The notes beneath the pieces were generated by a model. The model had not been told where the DNA came from and made no database searches. It was given only the letters and a program-made list of their open reading frames with translations. Shown piece after piece: positions 27,231 to 39,471 of a stretch of 64,000 bases of DNA. This DNA comes from Octopus vulgaris (lineage: Eukaryota), in the NCBI GenBank assembly GCA_951406725.2, contig OX597839.1:17918001-17982000 (forward strand), written 5' to 3'. Position numbers and translations under genes: made by a program. Each line of letters opens with the position of its first letter. The first letter of the stretch is position 1.

Positions 27231-27946
27231 CAGATAGGAAGAAAGGAAGACATATAGGATAGACTTAAACAAATGAAAAGACCAAAGATAAATAAAAAAA
27301 AGAATGATTTTCAAAGAATGATTGAATGAAGAAAAGAAAGAGAGAGAGAAAGAAAGAAAAGGTCATGCAAGTTTATTTAAGTCGTATTGATAGTATTTTC
27401 TATTGAAAGAGAATTACTAATATTTCATGTTTCGCTTCAGTTTCAGTGGTGTGGGTCTTGCCTGCCTTGAGGAGATTTTACAGAATGTGTATGTTGTGTG
27501 CATTCAGAGCAAGGGAAAGAGAGAGAGAGAGAGAGTGACTGAGTGAGAGAGGGAGAGAGCAAGAGACACCTGTGAGATTCAAAAGAAGGATTTTTCAGCA
27601 AGATGAAGTGTAAATGCAATCAGGAACTTTAATTATCTCCAACTTTATCTTTCTGGATAGCATAGACACTTTCTTTCCAGCCATCAACCCACTCTCCCAC
27701 CTTCCTAACCCCACCACACCACCTCAGTATCTTTTTTGTTTGTTTTTTTTTTGCTTTTTTATACTCGGTTTTCTTATGGAGAAAGAGGGGGAAAAAAAGA
27801 TTTTCTTTTCTGAAGATGGTGAATCTTTTGTAGATTCTCTTTATATATATATACAATGACGATGATGATGATATATATATGTGTATGTGTATATATATAT
27901 GTGTGTGTATATATATGTATGTATGGTATGTATATGTGTGTATGTG

Positions 27947-27977
<31 letters not shown>

Positions 27978-28040
27978 ATATATATATATGTATGTATATA
28001 TGTGTGTATATATATATGTATGTATATATGTGTATGTGTA

Positions 28041-28072
<32 letters not shown>

Positions 28073-28458
28073 AGATTTTATATATTTTTATCAATAGTAG
28101 TATTATTACTGTTTTATTTTTTTATGGCAACATATTTTCTAAGCATTCAAAAGACTAGTCCCTGGACACCGAATACTTTAATACATTCAATGTTTAAGAA
28201 AGATATATAACAAAAAATTTCTTAAATAAAAAAAAATTGTATCATTTGATGAAAAAAATTTGAAAAAGAAATTAGAAGAAAAAGCACATAATATAATACA
28301 GCCATAAAAATAAAAATATTATCATTTTATCTCCATAAAGTTCATTAATTGCACTTCTATTATGCTATGAAAACTCCAAGTGAAACAGCAGCAGCAGCAA
28401 CGACAACAACAATGATAATATTAATGATGATGATAATACTAATAATGGTGGTGATAGC

Positions 28459-28499
<41 letters not shown>

Positions 28500-28573
28500 A
28501 AATAGTAGTAGTAGTAGTTGTAGTAATATTAGATATCTCCTTAACGAAATGATGCTATCTTTTTATCTCTTAC

Positions 28574-28711
28574 CTTGGAAGAAGAGCTCACACTGCAACA
28601 AACTAACCCAGCCAATCGACCAATCATCCAACTGGCCAACCAGGTGTTGATATGCTCTCTCTTCCAACTCTACCACTGTGACAGAAGTGTGGGAATCTCG
28701 CATTAACAGTC
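28574..28711 (-). CDS. Putative isolated 138-nt exon of an unidentified minus-strand gene
   Basis: Acceptor TTGTTTTTAATTTTAAG, donor CAAG|GTAAGA; length divisible by 3; phase 1-1 frame open (LLMRDSHTSVTVVELEERAYQHLVGQLDDWSIGWVSLLQCELFFQ); no homology recognised, could be non-coding. Confidence 0.3.
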
Positions 28712-29479
28712 CTTAAAATTAAAAACAATAATTATGACTAGTAAAAGTGCCAAATTAACAATCAGATGCTCATGAGTTTACCCCTGAGCGATGGGCGGGT
28801 ATGGGAAACCTTTATTGAGAAGTGGGCTGCATGAGACATCGTTCATCATCAGATGAGTTGCACTACTAATGAAATTCAAGGTAATTTTTCCATTAGATGT
28901 GCCATTCAGAAAGTGAAAATGGCTGCAATATGCCTATCACACATGGTGCAAATGATGATGGCTATCTTCATTATTTAGCATTCGTTTTTCATACTGACAT
29001 GGGTTGGACAGTTCAACAGGAATGGTGAGCCAAAGGACTGTGCCAAGCACCAGTGTCTATTTTGATATGGTTTCTTTGACAGGATCCTTGCTTCCAAATG
29101 CCGACCACTTTAAAGAGTGTATTGTATGCTTTTCACATGGCACCAGCACCAGTGAGGGTCACCAAGAAACTCACAAAACACGACCTCCCTCAACTGAATG
29201 TGGGGCAAGTAGTAGTGAGAGAAGGGACTTTTGTGCCAGGTGATGAGAGATTAAAATATGATAGGGAGACAGGAACAGGTGTCTTGCTGTAAGGGAGATA
29301 CATGATTACCCCAGTTGGAAAAGAAAGAGGATAGTTGCAAAGATTCTCTCAAGGTAGAGAAAGGATAATGTTCTAAGGTAAAGTTCCTTCAAACATCAAT
29401 TTGTCTATGACTGTCTACAAGTTCCATGAATGCGCCTCTATGCAGTATTAATCAACTGACTGAGTCATTGGAATATAGA

Positions 29480-30128
29480 TCAATATACCTTGTGGCATTT
29501 ATTCTAGTACTTTGAGTTCAAATCCTACCAAGGTCAGCTTTGCCTTTCATTTTTTCAGGGGTTGGCAGAAGGAAGTAACAGTCCAAGTCAATGGAATGGG
29601 AGAATTGTTTAAAGATTGGATCAGATGAGTTGTATTATTTGTTCTGGATCTTAAGGCAGTGAACTGGTAAACTTGTTAGCAAATCAAAGAAAATGCTTGA
29701 CAGCACTTCTTCCTGCTCTTAACATTCTGTGTTCAATTTCTGCTGTCAACTCACCTTTCATCTTTTCAGCATTGATGAAATAAATACCAGCTGCACACTG
29801 GGGTCCACTGTAATTGACTAGCCTCCTCCTCTAAAATATCAGGCTTTGTGCCTATCACAGAAAGGATTATCATCATCATCATCATTAAGGTGGCGAGCTG
29901 GCAGAATCATTAACACATCAGGAAAAAAATGCTTCACAGCATTTCTTCTAAGTTCAAATTCCACTGAGATCTACTTTGATTTTCATACTTTTGGAGTCGA
30001 TAAAATAAGCACCAGTCACGTATCAGGGGTCGATGTAATCAATTTACTCCTCCCCTCAAAAACTACTGGTCCTGTACCAAGATTTGAAGCTATTATTATC
30101 ATCATTATCATCATTATTATTTTTATCA

Positions 30129-30186
<58 letters not shown>

Positions 30187-30233
30187 CATTATTATTATTA
30201 TTATTATTTTTATTTTTATTATTAATATTTTTA

Positions 30234-30270
<37 letters not shown>

Positions 30271-30490
30271 GGCAGCAAGTTTGGTTGAATCATTAGCACT
30301 TTGGATAAAATGCTTGATTGTATTTTTTCTGTCTTGCTACATTTTGTGTTCAAATTCCACCAATGTCGAATTTGCCTTTCACTCTTTTGGGATCCCTAAA
30401 ATAAGTACCAGTTGGGCTTTGGGAGCAATGGAATCGACTGTCCTACTCCACGAAAATTGCTGCATTTGTGCCAAAATTTGAAAGTGTTAT
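29480..30490 (+). repeat. Array of ~4 family B SINEs
   Basis: Same unit, separated by (ATC)n/(ATT)n. Confidence 0.8.
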
Positions 30491-30576
30491 TTATTCTGGA
30501 TCTTTGTGTTCTTAGTTTAACAATGGTCAGCTTGATCTGTCATTTTGACTACCACCTGAGACTTGAATGTCTTTAA

Positions 30577-31615
30577 CCCTTTCGTTACTATATTTCTGAC
30601 CAAAATACACCCCTTATGTGTTTCAATTAATTTCTAACGTAATCATAAATTTAGTCAGGTTTCATTAAACAACTATAACTTTTTTATTTATCAATATATT
30701 AATCTGATTTTTGGAAGATAATTTAATGAAATATTCTCAACCAATTCTATACTATAATTTTTGTCACAAAGTGACTCTAATTGCAGGTAGATACAGGTAA
30801 ATTCAACAAAATATAAAATTAAAATTTTGTTCAAACATCGCTATAGAAAATGGGTTATTAGCTAATATTCAATTGGGTATACAACAAAATTTTACGATAG
30901 TATTTGTTATTCCGGGTAACTTTCTGATACCCATAATAATATTTACGGCAAAATAGTCTTAATTTCATTTAAGGTTATGGGAAACCACAAACTATCGTTT
31001 CTTTCGCTTTGTTTACGTTTTGCGTAACGGTTCGTTTTCGCCGTAATGATTTCAAATAGGCTCATTCGAAAAAGTAAAAAGAAATAGTCTAAGGCTTTAC
31101 TCCTCTGGGAAAGTCTGTGGCTTGGTCCAGTTTCTTCAGAAAAATCACCGAAAGAAACATTTTTTAAATTTTCACTCCATTCAAGTGCCAATTCGTTTTC
31201 TTTATCGCTGTCGGAGCTCTCGAATTCACTGTTTTCACTTTCGGAAAATGAAACATCAGATTCATTATCAAATACCATGTGCTTTTTTTTTTCAGTCATA
31301 GAGTTAGATTTATGAAGGTCTTCAGTAGAAAATCCTTCGAATTCTGACTCGCTGCTTGATGTAATGAAATTCGTATCCATTTTTTGTCAGAATTACAAAT
31401 TTTGAAAACACAATAGGAACAAATTTCGGAAAAAAATCTCTCAAAATTCACGGAATTAAAATTACACTTCGATTATTGTACAAAACTGTAGTTGAACTGT
31501 TTACGAAGTATAATACGTGTTTTCACGAATGTACTAAAGAGATTTGCTCTGATATTCTCATTTAAATATGAATAGGTAAATTCGGGCGGCTTTGGGCGGT
31601 TTGGTAACGAAAGGG
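30577..31615 (-). mobile_element. Non-autonomous, internally deleted piggyBac element
   Basis: TTAA TSD at 30573-30576 and 31616-31619; terminal inverted repeats CCCTTTCGTTAC / GTAACGAAAGGG; carries a transposase N-terminal fragment. Confidence 0.93.
30880..31380 (-). pseudogene. Truncated piggyBac (PGBD-like) transposase N-terminus
   Basis: ORF 30943-31380 has an acidic Ser-rich N-terminus, then TGP...ALDYFFLLF...IITAKTNRYA...W.PITLNEIK, typical of piggyBac transposases; continues after a frameshift as YFAVNIIMGIRKLPGITN and then stops; no DDD catalytic domain. Confidence 0.88.
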
Positions 31616-31748
31616 TTAATGACATGGTCAGCTCTCTGGTTTGACAGTAACATCCTTCATTTCATCCATCAGACCTGAAATCCCTGAAAACCCAGCTATC
31701 TTATCTGCCCAGTCTTCTTGCCAAAGTCATAGGATTAGCATCCTCAGG

Positions 31749-33053
31749 CAACTGGACTTCTTCGTCGACTTGTATTATAGCAAATAATATTTTTCAACAC
31801 AATTTTTCACTAATTTAGAAATATCCAGTTTTATTTCTTCAAATTATTTCCTCTAAATTCTAATTTGAATTCCCTGAAACAACCTTTTTTTAGTTTTCCT
31901 TGTTAGCTTATATATTTATATTTCAGGGTTTCACTGAAAAACCTGGTCAAATATAGGTAGTGTTCATTTTGCAAGACGCCTGCTTTTTTTAGGAGGAATT
32001 GCCACAGGGTCCTATCAGAAGCACTTTCTGACTAAATTCTCCAGTTTCTGACTAAATTCTCCAAGTGTGACCAACCGTGACTATGGATACCATCCAACCA
32101 TCTTCTTCCTGATCTGCCCCTGACTGTCCTGATATATGGCTTAGTTCGAAGAATCTGTCTTGTGACACTTTCCTGCAATGTGCTAATCACATGTCTGTCG
32201 CACCAGAGCTGAGTCCGCTCAATGCAGAGAAATAGCAGCTCAACCTGGAGAGAGACTCAAATCTCCAAGTTAAGCACCTTGTCAAGTAATGTTCAGCCAT
32301 TTATATTCACAATTACTCTTTACTCTCTTTTACTTGTTTCAGTCATTTGACTGTGGCCATGCTGGAGCACCACCTTTAGTCAAGCAAATCGACCCTGGGA
32401 CTTATTCTTTGTAAGCCCAGTACTTATTCTATCGGTCTCTTTCGCCGAACTGCGAAGTGACGAGGACGTAAACACACCAGCATCGATTGTCAAGCAAAGC
32501 TAGGGGGACAAACACAGACACACAAACACACACACACACATACATATACATATTTACGATGGGCTTCTTTCAGCTTCCATCTACCAAATCCACTCACAAG
32601 GCTTTGGTCGGCCTGAGGCTATAGTAGAAGACACTTGCCCAAGATGCCATGCAGTGGGACTGAACCCGGAACCATGTGGTTGGTAAGCAAGCTTACTTAC
32701 CACACAGCCACTCCTGCACCTATATTATACCTTTTCAGTCATTAGCCAACATTTATGTTGGGTACTCATTACAAAAATCTTAAAGCTTCTTGTTATGGGT
32801 AATCATGTATTAATTCCCCCTAAAAAAATCAGACGTCTTGCAAAATAAACACTCCCTATATTTGACCAGGTTTTTCAGTGAAACCCTGAAATATAACTTA
32901 CAAGGAAAGCTGAGAAAGGTTGTTTCAGGAAATTCAAATTAGAATTTAGAGGAAATAATTTGAAGAAATAAAACTGGATATTTCTAAATTAGTGAAAAAT
33001 TGTGTTGAAAAATATTATTTGCTATAATACAAGTAGACGTAAAAGTCCAGTTG
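31749..33053. repeat. Long inverted repeat (arms ~31749-32000 and ~32812-33053)
   Basis: 31768-31871 is the exact reverse complement of 32931-33034; similarity extends over ~250 bp. Confidence 0.92.
32315..32722 (-). mobile_element. SINE family A copy
   Basis: Full-length reverse complement of the 7057 element. Confidence 0.9.
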
Positions 33054-33321
33054 TTGTGTTTGGGATTTCAGAGGATAATTAAAAGAAAATAACATGAAAA
33101 ATAACTTTTTTTCTTAATTTAATTTCTACTGAAAAGTTAGACATGTTTTTAAAAAAAGCTACTTGGATTTTTCAACAGTTTTTCAATAAAATGCTTAACA
33201 TACAAGTAGACAAAGGTATTCAGAGGCTGTTTCAGAGATTTCAAGTAACATTTTCACGTGACTAAATGTAAATTCAAATGTTAAAATTGATTATGAAAAA
33301 ATAGGTACTCAAATAATATGC

Positions 33322-33417
<96 letters not shown>

Positions 33418-33661
33418 ATATCTTTCTCTCTCTCTCTCTTTCTATGTATATATATATATATATATATATATTTGCAGTAGAAAGATTGATGTAATGACCT
33501 TACACATTTTAGAAAGAAATATGAAATTTTCTACGTCGAAAAATTCATAAACAAAACAATAACTTAATGAAATATTTCAACTCTGAAGTAAACAATTTCA
33601 TGTATCATTTAATTGATTAAAACACATATGAGACAGACACACACATACAGATATATGCATA

Positions 33662-33722
<61 letters not shown>

Positions 33723-34391
33723 AAATATATGTGTGTGTGTGTGTGTAAATATATATGTGTATATAAATGTATATGTATAATATAAACATGATATAAATAC
33801 ATATATGTATATGAAAATATAAAGAATAACATTTTATGAATTACTAATAAACAGGAAATTTAACTTAATATATTTTATGAGTCCACTTAGCCATAGCAAT
33901 ACTAATAACGAGTTGTTTGAACATATGTATATGTATGTGTCTGTGTTTACGTTTGTGTGCATATCTCTTAGTAATTTATGCTCATATCTAGCAAAGTGTA
34001 TTATACTATGTGTGTGCCTAGATATCCCAACTATATATATATTTAAATACTTTCTGTATTAAAAAAAACACTTCATTTTTAAATGGCTCTGTGGAAGCTG
34101 TAAGATGTTGCAGTAGCATTCCACACTGGATAGACATTTCCTTCTTATAGAAACAACTGTAAGCTTATGAAAGTGATAATGTAATACCTACCCTTATGTC
34201 ATTCATTTGCGTATATATGATAGATCGCTAGCCACTACACATTATTTTCTCTCCTTGTTTCTTTCTGCGTTCCTTTCTGTGGAAGAGCATAGGCTCGAAA
34301 CGTTAAAGACTTTTTCACTTCCAGAGCTTTATACTGATACATCTGTTTGTTATCTACACCACGTGTCTTCGTCTTTTGTTTTCTTTTTTTT

Positions 34392-34474
<83 letters not shown>

Positions 34475-34560
34475 ATCCAAACAAGAAAGCACAACAAAAT
34501 ACAACAACGCGAGGACGTGGAACAAATATAGTATTATTGGATGCTCAGGAAAGAAGGAGG

Positions 34561-34595
34561 GTTTAACGTTTCGAGCGGAGCTCTTTGTCAGATAC
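34561..34595 (-). ncRNA. Degenerate hammerhead ribozyme relic in a PLE-like end (34470-34680)
   Basis: Minus strand: gtat-CTGACAA-a-gagc(tcc)gctc-GAAA-cg-TT-aaac; the core differs from CTGACGA by a CpG-type transition. Confidence 0.55.
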
Positions 34596-34699
34596 ATAGG
34601 AGAAGGAAAGATCCAGAGAAGGGAAGACAGAGGAAAAAAAAATCGACAACGGTACACACGAGGTCACATTTTGAAAAGCAAAATATATATATATATATA

Positions 34700-34943
34700 T
34701 CATCATCATCATCATCATCGTTTAACGTCCGTTTTCTGCGCTAGCACGGGTTGGACGGTTTCGACCGGGGTCTGGGGAGCCAGGGGCTGCCCCAGGCTCC
34801 AGTCTGGTCTGGCAGTGTTTCTACAGCTGGATGCCCTTCCTAACGCCAACCACTCCGCGAGTGTAGTGGGTGCTTTTTACGTGCCACCTGCACAGGTGCC
34901 AGAGGGGTCTGGCATCGGCCATGGTCAGTTGGTGCTTTTTATG
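34700..34943 (-). mobile_element. SINE family C copy (young)
   Basis: (CAT)nCGTTTAACGTCCG...GGATGCCCTTCCTAACGCCAACC; CpG-rich. Confidence 0.87.
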
Positions 34944-35919
34944 TGGGGGGGAGGGTGCAGAAATATAGGGGAGCACCAGTGGGGAGGGGTGTTCGGAGAA
35001 ACGATGACAGGTTCTAGACAAGTAGAACGTAGGATATCACGAGAGGGGTAATGCATGGTGAAATAGCGTATTGAAGAGGGGGTTCGAAGAGTAGACACCT
35101 ATAATGGTGGTGGGAGAAGCGACATCCGGTATAGATGGAGCAAAAATATAGAGATATCCGGTATTGGTGGTGGGGGTGGGCAAGGGCGGGTGCACCGGGA
35201 ATATGCGAAGGTTGAACTTGACGGGCTGGCTTAAAAATGCTCTTAGCAATGGAAGGGGGGAAAGGAAGAGGGGGGAGTGCAGACAACGTAAAAGAGGGAG
35301 AGAGAGAGAGAAGGGAATAGTGGAACCCCGCGAAAATCGGCCGCCATTGAAAAAACCCCTGTATGGAGAAACTTAAATATAAATATCTATTCTGTATTTA
35401 GCGAGACACGAAGCCAGAAACCGATGGTAAACAATAACTAATAAATTATACAGAATATGCAATACAAGGTGAAACTGAAAATAATAATAATAATAATACT
35501 AATAAACAAATTGTCGACTGGGGGTCAAAGGGATAATACTAATACTAATAATAATAATAATAAACAGCTTAACCACTAGAGATCAGACAAATTTGCATGA
35601 GAATATTACTGGTACAGATTACGGGATGAATTAGATTAGATATATATATATATATAAGAAGGGGTGGGAACAGGAATTGGACAATCAGTTGTAAAATACA
35701 GCCTGAGAAAGAGAGCCATTACAAGGGTGATTAGAAGGTTGTCATGGGATCCACAAGGAAAATTCCCATTTTAGCAAGAGAAAATGGCTTTGAAGCAGCA
35801 GTAATTGTAAAACGTGTGTATATATATATATATAGGCACAGGAGTGGCTGTGTGGTAAGTAGCTTGCTTACCAACCACATGGTTCTGGGAATGAGAACCC
35901 AGGTTTGATATTTCCCCAA

Positions 35920-35965
35920 AACACCTGATGAATACTGGAGGGTGTATCAGCCGAATCATTGTGTT
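35920..35965 (+). ncRNA. Degenerate hammerhead ribozyme relic
   Basis: aacac-CTGATGA-a-tactg...cagcc-GAAT-ca-TT-gtgtt; stem I perfect, GAAA and stem II mutated. Confidence 0.55.
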
Positions 35966-36510
35966 AACAACAAACAAGATGAGGACAAATATCCGTCAAA
36001 TGTAAATAATGAATTACTTCATTTATATTAAACTGTTTCACCAGTTTCTGTTGAATCTTTCTCCATTTTGAAGTGGATTCAAAAATTTATTTATTTTTAT
36101 TTCTAGAGAAATCTACTTCATTGACATTTGAAACTCAGAAATATTTTTAGAAATACATAAAAAAAAAATAATTTTAACTTAAGTGTTAGTCTAGAGAGTG
36201 GTCTACCTTACTATCAAAGAAAGGAGATTGAGGTGAAATGAAAGGAAACATTTTTTAGAACTAGAATGGAAATGATCAAGTAATATTTCTGTGAATGTCA
36301 AATCACAAATTAATCATAATCTAAGCTATGTTTTAATGAAACTATGCATATACTACGTATCATGTAAAGTAAGAGACAAGTGTATCAATCTCTCTCTCTA
36401 TATATATATATATATATGTATATATATACATATGTACAACGAAAGAAGGGCACTCAACAAATTTATTAAGAGTTGCATGTATGGATCATACATTTTGACC
36501 ATCCTGTATA

Positions 36511-36910
36511 TACTCTTTACTCTTTTACTTGTTTCAGTCATTTGACTGCGGCCATGCTGGAGCACCGCCTTTAGTCGAGCAACTCGACCCCGGGACTTAT
36601 TCTTTTTGTAAGCCCAGTACTTATTCTATCGGTCTCTTTTTACCGAACCGCTAAGTGACGGGGACGTAAACGCACCAGCATCGGTTGTCAAGCAATGCTA
36701 GGGGAACAAACACAGACACACAAACACACACATATACATATATACGACAGGCTTCTTTCAGTTTCCGTCTACCAAATCCACTCACAAGGCATTGGTCGGC
36801 CCGGGGCTATAGCAGAAGACACTTGCCCAAGATGCCACACAGTGGGACTGAACTCGAAAACCATGTGGTTGGTTAGCAAGCTACTTACCACACAGCCACT
36901 CCTGCGCCTA
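36511..36910 (-). mobile_element. SINE family A copy (young)
   Basis: Full-length reverse complement; CpGs retained. Confidence 0.9.
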
Positions 36911-37849
36911 TATATATATATATATATGTATATACATTCACACACACACTCACACACAGAGAAAGAGACAGAATACTTATACACCATATCTTGTTATTCT
37001 CTATCTATGTTTGCATTGAATACAATCTCCCTCCTTCAACTCACTCACTCTAAGCTTAATAATTATGTGCCGTTGTTGCTTCTTTCATACCTGCTGTGTA
37101 CAGGAGAAATAACGAACTCAACAGCTCAACAGCCTAATGCACCTCAATGATTTTACAACTTGACTGAATGGCTCAAGGGTGGTGGTGGTGGTGGGGGGGT
37201 TAACTGATCTGAGATTAAAATTCTCCTAAATTGGCAATCTTTCAGTTCTGAAGCTCAAGAATGCAAAACAGACAAAAATAAATGTCCTCTGAATATAATA
37301 AATATATAATAATAAACGCTGGAAAAGAAATTTTTAAATTCCAAGATTTTTCACTCATAAACTATAGTTGTCAGCTGAAAATTATATATGATTAGCTGAA
37401 AACTTCAAAAACTTCCCTTTGTTTCACACTGATGTTGTAGACAGATAAGCTAAGTCATAGGATTTGTAATTTCTTTCTTTTTTGCTCTGTTTTAGCTCTT
37501 GTTTTTTCCTCATTTTCTTTTCTTTTCTTGTATACATTCAGGGCATGAGATTTGATCTTAAATCCTCCATGTTTAATTATGTATTTTTGTATTCTATTAG
37601 AGTCATGGTGTTTATAGTAGGATTATATTGTTATAGTGTATTGTATATTTATTAAATACACACACATACTGGCTTGAGCTGCTGATCTAAAGTGAAGATA
37701 GAGTATTAGTGATATGATGATAGAGGTATGTGTGTGGGTGAGAGAATTTGTTGTTATTAGAAGTGAATAAAATAATGATTGTATGTGTTTGATAAATGGC
37801 AAATGTTACTAATTTATTGCGACATTATTTTATATACAGAGATATTAGG

Positions 37850-38123
37850 AATGTATATGTGTATGAGTCTATATATATATATATATATATATATACATGT
37901 GTATATATGTATATATATATATATATGTATATATACATGTGTATATATGTGTGTGTGTGTATATATGTATATATGTATATATATGTATATGTGTATATAT
38001 GTATATATATATATGTATATATATATGCATATGTATATATATATGTATATATGTATATATACATGTATATATATGTATATATGTGTATATATATATATAT
38101 GTATATATATGTATATATGTATG

Positions 38124-38216
<93 letters not shown>

Positions 38217-38218
38217 GT

Positions 38219-38274
<56 letters not shown>

Positions 38275-38315
38275 ACATATATATATATATGTATGTTTGT
38301 GTGTATATATATACA
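37850..38315. repeat. Compound (TA)n/(TATG)n microsatellite, representative of many in the window (e.g. 800-1320, 6680-7055, 7465-7745, 19620-19870, 23087-23395)
   Basis: Direct inspection. Confidence 0.95.
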
Positions 38316-38785
38316 CACGCACACACAGATACACAGAAAACAATAGTGGTGAACAATGAGAATAAGTGTTCAACACTGCATTTGATGGTTGAATATATTT
38401 TTTTATTTACGGAGTAACTATGCTGCCAATGGTTTCACGTGGAAAATATTAGAAGTGAATTGACGTTGTTTTTATGACAGTGACATCTATTTACAACTAT
38501 CACATGATGTCAATACAAGGAGACACAAATACACAAACATGCTTACATACACACACACACACACATATATATGTACGACATGTTTTTGCAGTGTCCATCT
38601 ACCAAATTCATTCACATGGCTTTGGTCAGCCCAAATCTATAATAAAACACACTTGTATCACACTAAGGGACTGAACCCAAAACCATATGGTTGAGAGGCA
38701 AACTTCTAAACTACACAGCCCATACATATATATGTATGTACATATATAATATATATATATATATTTAGATATATGTATATATATA

Positions 38786-38834
<49 letters not shown>

Positions 38835-38856
38835 GTAAAAAAATACCTTTCATCAA

Positions 38857-39050
38857 AAAATGAACAATTAAATTACACCATCTAGAAAATTACATATAAT
38901 AGAAATATTAAAATTAAAATAACAATAAAATGTCAATGATTAAGTAAATTGCAAAAAAATAATTTAATCATTGACATTTTATTGTTATTTTAATTTTAAT
39001 ATTTCTATTATATGTAATTTTCTAGATGGTGTAATTTAATTGTTCATTTT
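38857..39050. repeat. Perfect 87-bp AT-rich inverted repeat with 20-nt loop
   Basis: 38857-38943 is the reverse complement of 38964-39050; imperfect extension to ~38823 and ~39090. Confidence 0.92.
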
Positions 39051-39226
39051 GAATTGATGAAAGGTGTTTTTTTTTCTAATTTTTTATATATATATTATAT
39101 TGTGTGAAATTTGATTTAGTATTTCTAAATTGAATTTTTTTCCCCTGTAAGTTTGGATTTATATTTCCTCAAATAATAATCATATATATACATATATATA
39201 TATAACTGATGCAGAAAAATGAATCA

Positions 39227-39471
39227 AAGGTGAAATAAGGAAAGCTTCTAACAAAGCAGAATGTTTAAAAAAAACATTATATTTCAGATGTAAAAGCCTA
39301 TCTTCAGAAGAATACGGTTAAAGAAACATGTATTTACATAGAGCCTAGTAGAATCTATGTAACAACACATTTCTTTGATTGTATTCTTCTGAAGATAGGC
39401 TTTGCTTCTGAAATATAAAGGTTTTTTTTTAAACATTCTGCTTTCTTAGAAGCTTTCCTTATTTTCTCCTT
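39227..39471. repeat. Imperfect ~115-bp inverted repeat with short loop
   Basis: AAATAAGGAAAGCTTCTAA.AAAGCAGAATGTTTAAAAAAAA...AAAGCCTATCTTCAGAAGAATAC mirrored on the other arm. Confidence 0.88.

Noticed and set aside
26301-27314. 337-aa ORF, the longest in the track
   Set aside because: Translation of degenerate (TCCA/TCTA/TCTG)n satellite lacking stops; low complexity (SIYL/PSIH)
36685-37150. Recurrent MSSNARGT.../MLGGQTQT... peptides suggesting a gene family
   Set aside because: Antisense translations of SINE family A copies
37779-38417. YI/CV/HT-rich ORFs here and throughout the window
   Set aside because: Dinucleotide microsatellite read-through, open in several frames and on both strands
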